Assembly: GCA_041158585.1 (NCBI GenBank)
Contig: JBEBBA010000057.1
Span: 1,882 to 65,881, forward strand
Length of the DNA: 64,000 nucleotides
Origin: Actinomycetota bacterium
Lineage (GTDB): Bacteria; Actinomycetota; Actinomycetes; Actinomycetales; Microbacteriaceae
Direction: 5' to 3'
Under the pieces are notes generated by a model that saw only the letters and a program-made list of their open reading frames with translations, was not told the DNA's origin and did no database searches. This document shows, piece after piece, positions 1 through 8,349 of this stretch; positions within the stretch are counted from its first letter, which is position 1; every line of letters begins with the position of its first letter. The translations under genes were made by a program, and so were the position numbers.

Positions 1-201
1 GACCTCATCGGCAGGGGTCTCGGTGCACGAAACCTTAATCTTTTCGTTCAGAACCGATGCGAAGTCGTACTCCCACTCACAGTGATCGCAGTTTGCGATG
101 TGCGCTGTGATTGCGTCCAACTCGGCCTCGGTGAGCTCGCTCTGAAGGTACTCGTGCACGTGGCGCTTAGTCTCCTCGCAGTTCATCTCTAGCTCGCTCA
201 T
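1..201 (-). CDS. rsrA: Zinc-binding anti-sigma factor (RsrA/RshA family), 3' end runs off the window
   Basis: Manual translation MSELEMNCEETKRHVHEYLQSELTEAELDAITAHIANCDHCEWEYDF... has the ZAS HxxxCxxC motif; ATG overlaps the sigma-factor stop (ATGA). Not in the ORF track. Confidence 0.85.
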   Translation of the reverse strand, partial: MSELEMNCEETKRHVHEYLQSELTEAELDAITAHIANCDHCEWEYDFASVLNEKIKVSCTETPADEV

Positions 202-842
202 TTGTCCTCCACGGTGTATCCCTCGGCCGTTGCGTAATCGGCCAGTAGTTTTCTCAGTTTTGCCTTACCACGATGTAAGCGACTCATTACGGTGCCAATC
301 GGGATCCCAAGTTCTTCCGCGATTTCGGCGTAGGAACGTTCTTCCACGATTGCCATGAACACCACGTCGCGAAACTCAGGACCGAGTTGTCTCATAGCGG
401 CATTCACTTCTTTAGAACTAAGCGTTTTGAGCGCTGCCATTTCAGCCGAAAGTTCGGCGACAGAACTCATGCTCTCGGCGGTACCGAGCTGGTAGTCCTC
501 AAGTTCATCTAGGCCGTCAACGGCCTTGTCCTTCTTCTTCTTGTTGTACTTGTTGATGAAGGTGTTCTGCAAGATCGTCGAAAGCCAGTTTTTTAGCTCG
601 GTTCCCTGTTGGAACTGGTGCCAGGCTTTAAACGCCTTGATAAAGGTCTCTTGCACTAGGTCTTCGGCGTCGAAGTAGTTGCCCTTCGTTTTACTCAGTG
701 CAATCGAGTAAAGGTAGGGAGTTAGCGGAATAGCCTGCTGTTCAAATTGCAAACGTTTGGCTTCGGAATCTAGTGGTGCGACTGAATCACTCATCAACCC
801 TGAGTTTAGGGCTGAATCGGATAACCCGGAAGTTATAGTCAA
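198..842 (-). CDS. sigR: ECF sigma factor, SigR/SigH family
   Basis: Region 2 (DAEDLVQETFIKAFKAWHQFQQGTELKNWL) and region 4 (SYAEIAEELGIPIGTVMSRLHRG); adjacent ZAS anti-sigma and aroA-rsgA. Two plausible starts: TTG 842 with AAGGAG RBS, or ATG 794/TTG 797. Confidence 0.85.
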   Translation of the reverse strand: MTITSGLSDSALNSGLMSDSVAPLDSEAKRLQFEQQAIPLTPYLYSIALSKTKGNYFDAEDLVQETFIKAFKAWHQFQQGTELKNWLSTILQNTFINKYNKKKKDKAVDGLDELEDYQLGTAESMSSVAELSAEMAALKTLSSKEVNAAMRQLGPEFRDVVFMAIVEERSYAEIAEELGIPIGTVMSRLHRGKAKLRKLLADYATAEGYTVEDK

Positions 843-872
843 TTAGCTCCTTATAGTTGCTGGTAATTTGGA

Positions 873-898
873 AACACATGAGTTCAGCCGTTTATTCC
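873..898 (-). promoter_or_regulatory. Putative SigR-dependent autoregulatory promoter
   Basis: Minus strand GGAAT-aaacggctgaactcatgt(18 nt)-GTT matches the sigmaR/SigH consensus GGAAY-N18-GTT, upstream of the RBS and TTG 842. Confidence 0.65.
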
Positions 899-2164
899 AA
901 CTTTGCCGCCCCCCTGGCCACTGGCCCGCTCTCGGCAGAAGTTGCTCTGCCCGGCTCAAAGTCTCTAACCAACCGCGAACTTGTTCTCTCGGCACTTGCT
1001 AACTCCCCAACCAAACTCACCGGAGCGCTCGTTTCGCGCGACAGCGCATTGATGATCGCCGCTCTCGAGGCTCTGGGATCAAGTGTTGAGGACGCCGACA
1101 CCACCGAACCCACCGTGAGGCCGGCAACCTTCGACAGAGACGCGACCATCGACTGCGGCCTGGCCGGCACGGTGATGCGCTTCGTGCCGCCGATTTCAAC
1201 TTTGAACCGAGGCCTCACCCACTTCGACGGCGATGCGGCCGCTCGCCGACGCCCGATGTCCACGACAATCGAAAGCCTTCGAGCTCTCGGGGCCAAAGTC
1301 ACCAACGAAGATGGCGCACTGCCGTTTACCGTTGAAGGTCTCGGTGGCGTCTCCGGTGGCCCGCTAACCATCGACGCATCGAGTTCGAGCCAGTTTGTCT
1401 CTGGGCTATTGCTCGCTGCGCCACGCTTCGAAAACGGCATCCAGCTTCGGCACGAGGGAGATCACCTGCCATCCCTGCCGCACATCGAGATGACGCTCGA
1501 CTGTCTAGAGCGGCGTGGCGTCAAGGTATCGCACCCCGAGCCAACCCTCTGGGTTGTCGAACCCGGACCGATCTCGGGTGGTCGGGTTGACATCGAGCCC
1601 GATCTTTCTAACGCGGGTCCATTTATCGCCGCTGCACTGGTTGCCGGTGGCAGCGTTCGAATCCCTGGCTGGCCAAGCAAGACAACGCAGGTCGGCGACG
1701 AATTCGACGGGATCCTTCAGCAAATGGGCGCGAGCATCTCTAGAGATGGGGGCGGCTTGACCGTCACTGGCACTGGCGAAATCCAAGGCATCGACATCGA
1801 CCTTTCGATCGGTGGCGAACTTGCTCCAGTTGTAGCCGCGCTTGCCGTCTTGGCCGAAACCGAGAGCAGACTGCGCGGAATCGCTCACCTTCGTGGCCAC
1901 GAAACTGACCGACTCGCCGCCCTGGCAACCGAAATCAACCGGATCGGCGGCTACGCCGAAGAAACCGAAGACGGACTCCTAATCAAACCGTCTAACAATC
2001 TCCACGGTGCTCTTTGGCACACCTACGAGGATCACAGGATGGCGACCACCGCAGCGATCATCGGTCTGCGCGTGCCTGGTATCGAAATCGAGAACATCGG
2101 CACCACCGCCAAAACCATGCCTGATTTTGCAAACATGTGGCTGAAAATGCTGGGTGCGGCTTGA
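878..2164 (+). CDS. aroA: 3-phosphoshikimate 1-carboxyvinyltransferase (EPSP synthase)
   Basis: LPGSKSLTNR, DCGLAGTVMRF, RRRPM, SSSSQFVSGLLL, HLRGHETDRL, DHRMA motifs; start placed at ATG 878. Confidence 0.95.
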   Translation: MSSAVYSNFAAPLATGPLSAEVALPGSKSLTNRELVLSALANSPTKLTGALVSRDSALMIAALEALGSSVEDADTTEPTVRPATFDRDATIDCGLAGTVMRFVPPISTLNRGLTHFDGDAAARRRPMSTTIESLRALGAKVTNEDGALPFTVEGLGGVSGGPLTIDASSSSQFVSGLLLAAPRFENGIQLRHEGDHLPSLPHIEMTLDCLERRGVKVSHPEPTLWVVEPGPISGGRVDIEPDLSNAGPFIAAALVAGGSVRIPGWPSKTTQVGDEFDGILQQMGASISRDGGGLTVTGTGEIQGIDIDLSIGGELAPVVAALAVLAETESRLRGIAHLRGHETDRLAALATEINRIGGYAEETEDGLLIKPSNNLHGALWHTYEDHRMATTAAIIGLRVPGIEIENIGTTAKTMPDFANMWLKMLGAA

Positions 2165-3177
2165 GCTGGCTCTACGAGCCCGAAGACAACGGGCACGACC
2201 TAGATGAGTCAGATGTAAGAATTCGCCCAAACCCAAAAGGTAACAAGCCCCGAACCAAGAACCGCCCTAGTCACAAAGATGCGCCGGTAGGCATGGTTAC
2301 CGGTGTGGATCTGGGGCGTTACCGAGTTCTATTGGAGGACGGCCGAGCCGTCACGGCCACGATGGGTAAAGAGCTTCGCAAGGATGGCGCGGTGGTTGGC
2401 GATCGTGTCGCACTTGCAGGCGACACATCCGACACACAGGGCGCTCTATCTCGCATCGTGCGTGTCGAAGAGCGTAGTTCACTGCTTCGACGGAGCGCAG
2501 ATGACTCAGACCAGGTCGAACGCGTTATCGTCGCGAACGCTACCCAACTGGCGATCGTGGTTGCCATCGCTAACCCCGAGCCTCGCACCCGCCTGGTCGA
2601 TCGATACCTTGCCGCCGCATACGACGCTGGCCTAAAACCAATTTTGGTGATCACCAAAACCGACCTAGCCGACACCGCAGAGTTTTTGGCCAACTTCGAG
2701 GGCCTCAGCATTCCCGTCGTTGAGACCCGCTCGGACGCCCCAAACCTAGGAGCACTGCACGAGCTCCTGCGGGGCAACATGACTGTAATGGTCGGCCATT
2801 CGGGTGTCGGAAAATCCACTCTCGTCAACGATCTCGTCCCTGGCACCGAACGCGCCACAGGCGTGGTCAACGAAGTTACCGGCCGCGGAAGGCACACTTC
2901 GTCCTCGGCGCGGGCCATCGCCCTGCCAGACGGCTGGATTATCGATACTCCCGGGGTTCGTTCCTTCGGACTCGGCCACATCAAACCCGAGAATCTCCTC
3001 AAGTCGTTCGAGGACCTCAATTCTCTTGCCGAAGAGTGCCCTCGCGACTGCAGCCACCTTGCTGACTCACCAGATTGTGGCTTAGACGAAGCGGTTGCAG
3101 CGGGCAAAGTTGCCCCTGCGAGGCTTGACTCGCTTCGCCGACTCATGGTCTCGGCTGCAACGGCGGGTAATCTCTAA
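2161..3177 (+). CDS. rsgA: Ribosome small subunit-dependent GTPase A
   Basis: Circularly permuted GTPase: TKTDL, GHSGVGKST, GRGRHTS, IDTPG, and C-terminal CPRDCSH...C zinc finger; likely TTG start overlapping the aroA stop. Confidence 0.93.
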   Translation: MSWLYEPEDNGHDLDESDVRIRPNPKGNKPRTKNRPSHKDAPVGMVTGVDLGRYRVLLEDGRAVTATMGKELRKDGAVVGDRVALAGDTSDTQGALSRIVRVEERSSLLRRSADDSDQVERVIVANATQLAIVVAIANPEPRTRLVDRYLAAAYDAGLKPILVITKTDLADTAEFLANFEGLSIPVVETRSDAPNLGALHELLRGNMTVMVGHSGVGKSTLVNDLVPGTERATGVVNEVTGRGRHTSSSARAIALPDGWIIDTPGVRSFGLGHIKPENLLKSFEDLNSLAEECPRDCSHLADSPDCGLDEAVAAGKVAPARLDSLRRLMVSAATAGNL

Positions 3178-3179
3178 CC

Positions 3180-3959
3180 GTGACCTACACCGACGACCTA
3201 CTGCTAGCCCAGGAACTGGCCGATATCGCAGATGCGATCACGCTGGCACGTTTCAAGGCCTTAGACCTGGTTGTTGAGACCAAGCCCGATCGTTCAGAGG
3301 TAACCGACGCAGATCGAGCAACCGAGTTAGCAATCAAGGCGAGACTTACCGAAAAACGCCCTGAAGACGGCGTGATTGGCGAAGAGTTTGGCACCAGCGA
3401 AGGTAACAACCGCGTTTGGATAATCGACCCAATCGACGGAACAGCCAATTTTCTACGTGGCGTACCCGTTTGGGCAACCCTGATTGCGCTCGTGATCGAT
3501 GGCAAGCCTGTGGTCTCTGTTGTTTCAGCACCAGCACTTGGTCGCCGTTGGTGGGGTAGCCCCGGCGAAGGGTCCAAGACGCGTGACCTGGATGGATCGG
3601 TTCGCAAGCTCGAAGTTTCGAAAGTTGGCTCTATCGCCGATGCCTCGCTGAGTTACAACAACCTGCAGCTATGGGATCGAGCCGGCATGCTTGATGCTCT
3701 CGTCGGCTTGAGCCGAAAGGTTTGGCGCACGCGCGCCTACGGCGACTTCTGGAGCTACATGCTGCTGGCAGAAGGCGCGCTAGAAATAGTTGCTGAGCAC
3801 GATCTAAAGATTTACGACATCGCGGCTCTCGTGCCGATTGTCGAACAGGCGGGCGGTCAGATTTCTGCTCTAAACGGACCGCTCACTCCCGAAACGTCTT
3901 CGGTGCTAGCCACCAACGGCTTGCTACACGAGGCTAGTTCTGCGGAAATCCTAGGTTGA
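3180..3959 (+). CDS. hisN: Histidinol-phosphatase, inositol monophosphatase family
   Basis: GEE, WIIDPIDGTANFLRGVPVWATLIAL, RTRAYGDFWSY, YDIAAL. Confidence 0.85.
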   Translation: MTYTDDLLLAQELADIADAITLARFKALDLVVETKPDRSEVTDADRATELAIKARLTEKRPEDGVIGEEFGTSEGNNRVWIIDPIDGTANFLRGVPVWATLIALVIDGKPVVSVVSAPALGRRWWGSPGEGSKTRDLDGSVRKLEVSKVGSIADASLSYNNLQLWDRAGMLDALVGLSRKVWRTRAYGDFWSYMLLAEGALEIVAEHDLKIYDIAALVPIVEQAGGQISALNGPLTPETSSVLATNGLLHEASSAEILG

Positions 3960-5415
3960 TGCCTCCGTGGCTAGGGTCTAGCCACCTGGAGGTAACCGCT
4001 TTGCCTCGAGTAAAGAAGTGCACACCCTCGGTGCCGTGCGCCTTAGTGTCGCCAAACAAGGAGTTCTTCCAGCCACCAAACGAGTAATAGGCCACCGGGA
4101 CTGGAATCGGAACGTTTATGCCGACCATGCCGACCTGGACCTCATTCTGGAAGCGCCGTGCCGCTCCCCCGTCATTGGTAAAGATCGCGGTTCCGTTGCC
4201 AAATGCGCCTGAGTTAATTAGCTCTAGCCCTGCCTCGTAGCTTGCTACACGCACCACCGAAAGCACAGGACCAAAGATTTCTTCGGTGTAAACCTTCGAA
4301 CTTGTCGGCACTTTGTCTAGAAGGGTCGGGCCGAGCCAAAAACCGGCCGTATCACCATCGGGTTGAACCGTGCGTCCATCAACCACAACTTTCGCGCCAT
4401 CCTGCGCGGCGATGTCGATGTAGGAGGCGACTTTGTCGCGATGTTCGAGGGTGACCAGCGGACCCATGTCGCAACCGCGGCGGCCGTCACCGGTGCGCAA
4501 CTGCTCCATGCGCAAAACAATCTTTGGAATCAACTTGTCGGCAACTGGCTCGACAGCCACGAGTACCGAGATAGCCATGCATCGCTCACCGGCTGAGCCG
4601 AAGCCCGCGTTTACAGCAGAATCAGCAACGAGTTCTAGGTCGGCGTCTGGCAAGACCAACATGTGGTTTTTTGCTCCGCCGAGCGCTTGAACCCGCTTGC
4701 CGTTAGCGGTCCCCTTTTCATAGACGTACCTGGCTATAGGCGTCGAACCAACGAACGAAAGCGACGCCACGTCGGGGTTCTCGAGCAAGCCATCCACGGC
4801 CTCCTTATCGCCCTGAACCACGTTGAAAACGCCGTCTGGTAAACCCGCCTCCTTCAGAAGTTTTGCGATCCAGAGGCTGGCTCCAGGAGCTTTCTCGGAA
4901 GGCTTCAGGACAACGGTGTTACCAGCTGCGATAGCAAGCGGGAAAAACCACATCGGAACCATCGCTGGAAAGTTGAATGGGCTAATAATGCCGACTACTC
5001 CGAGCGGCTGGCGAATTTCATAGACATCGACCCCGGTGGAGGCATTCTCGGTATACGAACCCTTCAGAAGATGCGGGATTCCAGTGGCGAACTCGACGAT
5101 TTCCTGGCCGCGAGTAATCTCGCCAAGCGCGTCCGAGAGAACTTTTCCGTGCTCGGCGGTGATGATTGCGGCTAGCTCACCTTTTCGTGCGTTCAGTAAC
5201 TCGCGAAAACCGAACAAGACCTGCTGGCGTTTGGCAAGGGATGCATCACGCCAGGCGGGAAAGGCATTTTTGGCTGCCGAGACGGCTAGATCTAGCTCGG
5301 TGCGAGACGATAAGCCAACGCGGTAGGACTCTGTACCCAGTGCCGGATCAAACACCGCAGCGCTTCGTCCGCTCGAAGAATTCGATTCAATGCCGTTGAT
5401 CCAGTTGCTTGTCAT
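3934..5415 (-). CDS. mmsA: CoA-acylating methylmalonate-semialdehyde dehydrogenase
   Basis: PFNFPAMVPMW, LKPSE, FVGSTP, QALGGAKNH, GSAGERCMA, EEIFGPV, GINVPIPVP. Confidence 0.92.
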   Translation of the reverse strand: MTSNWINGIESNSSSGRSAAVFDPALGTESYRVGLSSRTELDLAVSAAKNAFPAWRDASLAKRQQVLFGFRELLNARKGELAAIITAEHGKVLSDALGEITRGQEIVEFATGIPHLLKGSYTENASTGVDVYEIRQPLGVVGIISPFNFPAMVPMWFFPLAIAAGNTVVLKPSEKAPGASLWIAKLLKEAGLPDGVFNVVQGDKEAVDGLLENPDVASLSFVGSTPIARYVYEKGTANGKRVQALGGAKNHMLVLPDADLELVADSAVNAGFGSAGERCMAISVLVAVEPVADKLIPKIVLRMEQLRTGDGRRGCDMGPLVTLEHRDKVASYIDIAAQDGAKVVVDGRTVQPDGDTAGFWLGPTLLDKVPTSSKVYTEEIFGPVLSVVRVASYEAGLELINSGAFGNGTAIFTNDGGAARRFQNEVQVGMVGINVPIPVPVAYYSFGGWKNSLFGDTKAHGTEGVHFFTRGKAVTSRWLDPSHGGINLGFPQN

Positions 5416-5488
5416 GCGTTCAGTCTAGAACGCTGTAACAAGCCGAAACAGTTAGTGAAGAGCCCTTTCGGGGAGGCAAAATTTAGGC

Positions 5489-6424
5489 ATGACTATTTAC
5501 AACGACATCACCGAGGCATTCGGCAACACTCCCCTGGTTCGCCTGAACAGAATCACCGACGGAGCAGCCGCAGAGGTTTACGCGAAGCTTGAGTTCTACA
5601 ACCCTTCCTCCTCGGTAAAGGATCGCCTAGGCATTGCGATGGTCGATGCAGCCGAAGAATCCGGCGAGCTAAAGCCAGGTGGCGCAATCGTTGAAGCTAC
5701 CTCGGGTAACACTGGAATCGCCCTGGCGATGGTCGGCGCTGCTCGCGGTTACAAAGTCATCCTGACCATGCCAGACAGCATGAGCCGCGAACGACGCACC
5801 CTCCTTCGCGCTTACGGAGCTGAACTGGTACTAACGCCAGCCGCCGAGGGCATGAAGGGAGCAGTTGCGAAGGCCGAGGAAATCGCCTCAACCACCGGAG
5901 CAATCGCTGTTCGCCAGTTCGCAAACCCAGCTGGCCCGAAGATTCACCGCGAGACCACGGCAGCCGAGATCTGGCGTGACACCAACGGAGACGTTGACAT
6001 TTTCGTAGCCGGCATCGGAACCGGTGGCACCATCACCGGCGTCGGCCAGGCGCTAAAGGAACTAAACCCAAACATCAAGATCATTGCCGTCGAACCAGCT
6101 GCTTCGCCAATCCTTAACGGTGGATCGCCTGCAGGTCACCCGATCCAGGGAATCGGCCCAAACTTTGTTCCTGAGGTTCTTGACACCACCGTTTACGACG
6201 AGGTTTTGGATGCGCCGAGCGAAGAGGCACTAGCCTACGCTAGACGACTTGCCACCGACGAAGGTATCCTTGGAGGTATCTCCTCGGGCGCAGCTGCTTG
6301 GGGAGCATCGCAAATCGCAAACCGTCCAGAGAACGCCGGCAAGAAGATTGTTGTGATTTTCGCCTCCTACGGCGAACGTTACCTTTCGACCGTTCTATAC
6401 AAGGACTTGATCGAAGAGAGCTAG
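5489..6424 (+). CDS. cysK: Cysteine synthase A
   Basis: [14 protein letters not shown] (PLP Lys), [26 protein letters not shown]. Confidence 0.95.
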   Translation: MTIYNDITEAFGNTPLVRLNRITDGAAAEVYAKLEFYNPSSSVKDRLGIAMVDAAEESGELKPGGAIVEATSGNTGIALAMVGAARGYKVILTMPDSMSRERRTLLRAYGAELVLTPAAEGMKGAVAKAEEIASTTGAIAVRQFANPAGPKIHRETTAAEIWRDTNGDVDIFVAGIGTGGTITGVGQALKELNPNIKIIAVEPAASPILNGGSPAGHPIQGIGPNFVPEVLDTTVYDEVLDAPSEEALAYARRLATDEGILGGISSGAAAWGASQIANRPENAGKKIVVIFASYGERYLSTVLYKDLIEES

Positions 6425-6429
6425 GTCGC

Positions 6430-6933
6430 ATCATTCGCATAGGTGAGAACGTAAGAGCTGGCCTAGAGCGAGACCCGGCAACCCGAACCGCACTGGAGCT
6501 CATTTTGACCTCCCCCGGTTTGCACGCCCTCTGGAATCACCGTTTCGCACACCTGCTCTGGAAATCCAAGCTGAAACTAATCGCCCGCATTTGGTCGGCC
6601 CTTACCCGATTCTGGACTGGCATCGAGATCCATCCAGGTGCCCAAATCGGTCGCCGGGTGGTCATCGACCACGGTATGGGTGTGGTTATCGGCGAGACCG
6701 CCGTTATCGGCGATGACTCTTTGATCTACCACGGGGTAACTCTTGGCGCTAAGACCGGAACCACTGGCAAGCGTCACCCAACAGTGGGCAAAAACGTAAC
6801 CATCGGAGCTAACGCACTCGTCATTGGCGACATTTCGATAGGCGATGGCGCATCGGTAGGCGCAGGAGCAGTCGTCACCAAAGATCTACCTGCTGGCAAA
6901 GTCGCGGTCGGAAACCCGGCAAGAATCCTTTAA
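6430..6933 (+). CDS. cysE: Serine O-acetyltransferase (start codon uncertain)
   Basis: [45 protein letters not shown] hexapeptide repeats; directly after cysK. No ATG/GTG/TTG between the cysK stop and RDPA. Confidence 0.85.
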   Translation: MIRIGENVRAGLERDPATRTALELILTSPGLHALWNHRFAHLLWKSKLKLIARIWSALTRFWTGIEIHPGAQIGRRVVIDHGMGVVIGETAVIGDDSLIYHGVTLGAKTGTTGKRHPTVGKNVTIGANALVIGDISIGDGASVGAGAVVTKDLPAGKVAVGNPARIL

Positions 6934-6935
6934 AA

Positions 6936-6970
6936 GTTTTGAGCCCCGGGGGTTACCCGAGGCTCAAAAC
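6936..6970. terminator. Probable bidirectional intrinsic terminator
   Basis: GTTTTGAGCC-CCGGG-GGTTA-CCCGA-GGCTCAAAAC hairpin between convergent cysE and the 6985..7539 gene. Confidence 0.75.
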
Positions 6971-6984
6971 CGAAACGAAGTGGA

Positions 6985-7539
6985 CTAGTCCTTCTTCTTC
7001 TTACCCTTTGGCTTCTTTGGAGCCTCGCAAGCCTTGAGTAGCTTCTCGCGCTTCTCGGCAGCCTTCTCGATCTCCTTCTTAGCCTTTGCCTTGGCAACCT
7101 TTTCAGCCTTTAGAAGCGCCTTCTCTGCTTCAACAACTGCCTTGGCAGCCTTGGTCTCGGCCTTGGCGTACTCGACAGCGGCGAGCTTCTCAGCGTTGGT
7201 TGGGTCGGTCTCAAGCGCCTGGCGGGCTGCCTTTAGCTTGTCCTTGGCAACCTTTAGGGCGGCCTTGGCGGCGTTTAGCTTGGCGCGCTCGTCTGCTAGT
7301 TCAACGGCAACCGCTGCGTTGGCGTCGGCAACCTCGGAGGTGAACTGCGCCTCGGTGGCGGCTGTGTAGTTGGTGTACGCGTTAGTTACTGCGTTGTACG
7401 CGTTGGTTGTGGTGGTCTCGGTGGTGGTTGCGGTTGGGCAAGCTGGCACACGTGGGTGAGCGTTTGCACCAACACCAACACCGGCGACTAGAGCAACGGT
7501 GAAAGCGGCTGCGGTTGCAGTCTTGAATACTTTGTTCAT
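6985..7539 (-). CDS. Secreted Ala/Lys-rich coiled-coil protein of unknown function
   Basis: Signal peptide ending GANA, Thr-rich linker, long A/K/E helix, two Cys, poly-Lys tail; RBS GGAGAG upstream. Confidence 0.75.
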   Translation of the reverse strand: MNKVFKTATAAAFTVALVAGVGVGANAHPRVPACPTATTTETTTTNAYNAVTNAYTNYTAATEAQFTSEVADANAAVAVELADERAKLNAAKAALKVAKDKLKAARQALETDPTNAEKLAAVEYAKAETKAAKAVVEAEKALLKAEKVAKAKAKKEIEKAAEKREKLLKACEAPKKPKGKKKKD

Positions 7540-7593
7540 TTTGATCTTCTCTCCAAGCGGTTCTTTCGCTTGGTTCTATTCCACAGGATGGGT

Positions 7594-7633
7594 TCTGTGA
7601 GTTCTTTGTGAAACACGCAAGAAGACCCTGTGT
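7594..7633 (-). promoter_or_regulatory. Putative OmpR/PhoP-family binding site (phased direct repeats)
   Basis: Minus strand TCACAAA-gaac-TCACAGA; plus-strand TGTG cores at 7596, 7607 and 7629 (11 and 22 bp phasing) between the divergent secreted gene and response regulator. Confidence 0.5.
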
Positions 7634-7671
7634 GGTTTGAGATACCAGGTCCAACCTGATTGGCTATTGCC

Positions 7672-8349
7672 ATGGCACTAATCCTTGTTGTTGAAGACGA
7701 ACAATCTCTGGCAGAGATGATCTGCGATGCACTCGCGCTTGCTGGCCACCAGACCATCAGCGCCCCCGACGGCTTTGCCGCTCTAGCCTTGCTTCGTGAA
7801 GAACGACCAGACCTTCTCATCACAGACGTCAACATGCCCAGAATCGATGGCTTTGAGCTACTCGACCGCCTAAGAAAAGCTGGCAACGAAATTCCTGCCA
7901 TCGTCCTTACCGCAAGAGGTGACAAACAGGACGTGGCAATCGGATTCACCACTGGAGCAGACGACTACATTTCTAAGCCGTTCGTTCTTCAGGAACTGAT
8001 TCTTAGAGTGAACGCCGTTTTGCGCAGAACCGGAGGCCTGGGCTCTGGCGGCAAAGTCATTGAATGCGGCCCGATTCGAATCATCGACGACGAACGCGCG
8101 GTTGAACTGAATGGTGAGCGTGTGGACCTGACCCGCACCGAGTACCGACTGCTCCTCGAACTCGCCGAACACAAGGGCAAGGTTGTCCGGAAGCGAGACC
8201 TGCTCGAAAACATTTGGGGAATGGGTTTTGCTACCGGGGCTACAGTGGTTGACACCTACATCTCTTATCTTCGACGCAAGTTGCACACCGCTGACTGGGA
8301 GGGCATTCGCACGATACGCGGTGAAGGCTTCCAAATCACGGAACACTGA
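7672..8349 (+). CDS. OmpR/PhoB-family response regulator
   Basis: Receiver (LVVEDE, TDVNMP, GADDYISKPF) plus winged helix (LTRTEYRLL, VVDTYISYLRRKL, TIRGEGF). Confidence 0.93.
   Translation: MALILVVEDEQSLAEMICDALALAGHQTISAPDGFAALALLREERPDLLITDVNMPRIDGFELLDRLRKAGNEIPAIVLTARGDKQDVAIGFTTGADDYISKPFVLQELILRVNAVLRRTGGLGSGGKVIECGPIRIIDDERAVELNGERVDLTRTEYRLLLELAEHKGKVVRKRDLLENIWGMGFATGATVVDTYISYLRRKLHTADWEGIRTIRGEGFQITEH

Noticed and set aside
892-3146. Long antisense ORFs (182 aa, 275 aa) opposite aroA and rsgA, and similar ones opposite the collagen, DUF305, fumC and greA genes
   Set aside because: Ser/Pro/Arg-rich shadow frames expected from GC-biased codon usage; no motifs, RBS or independent signal.
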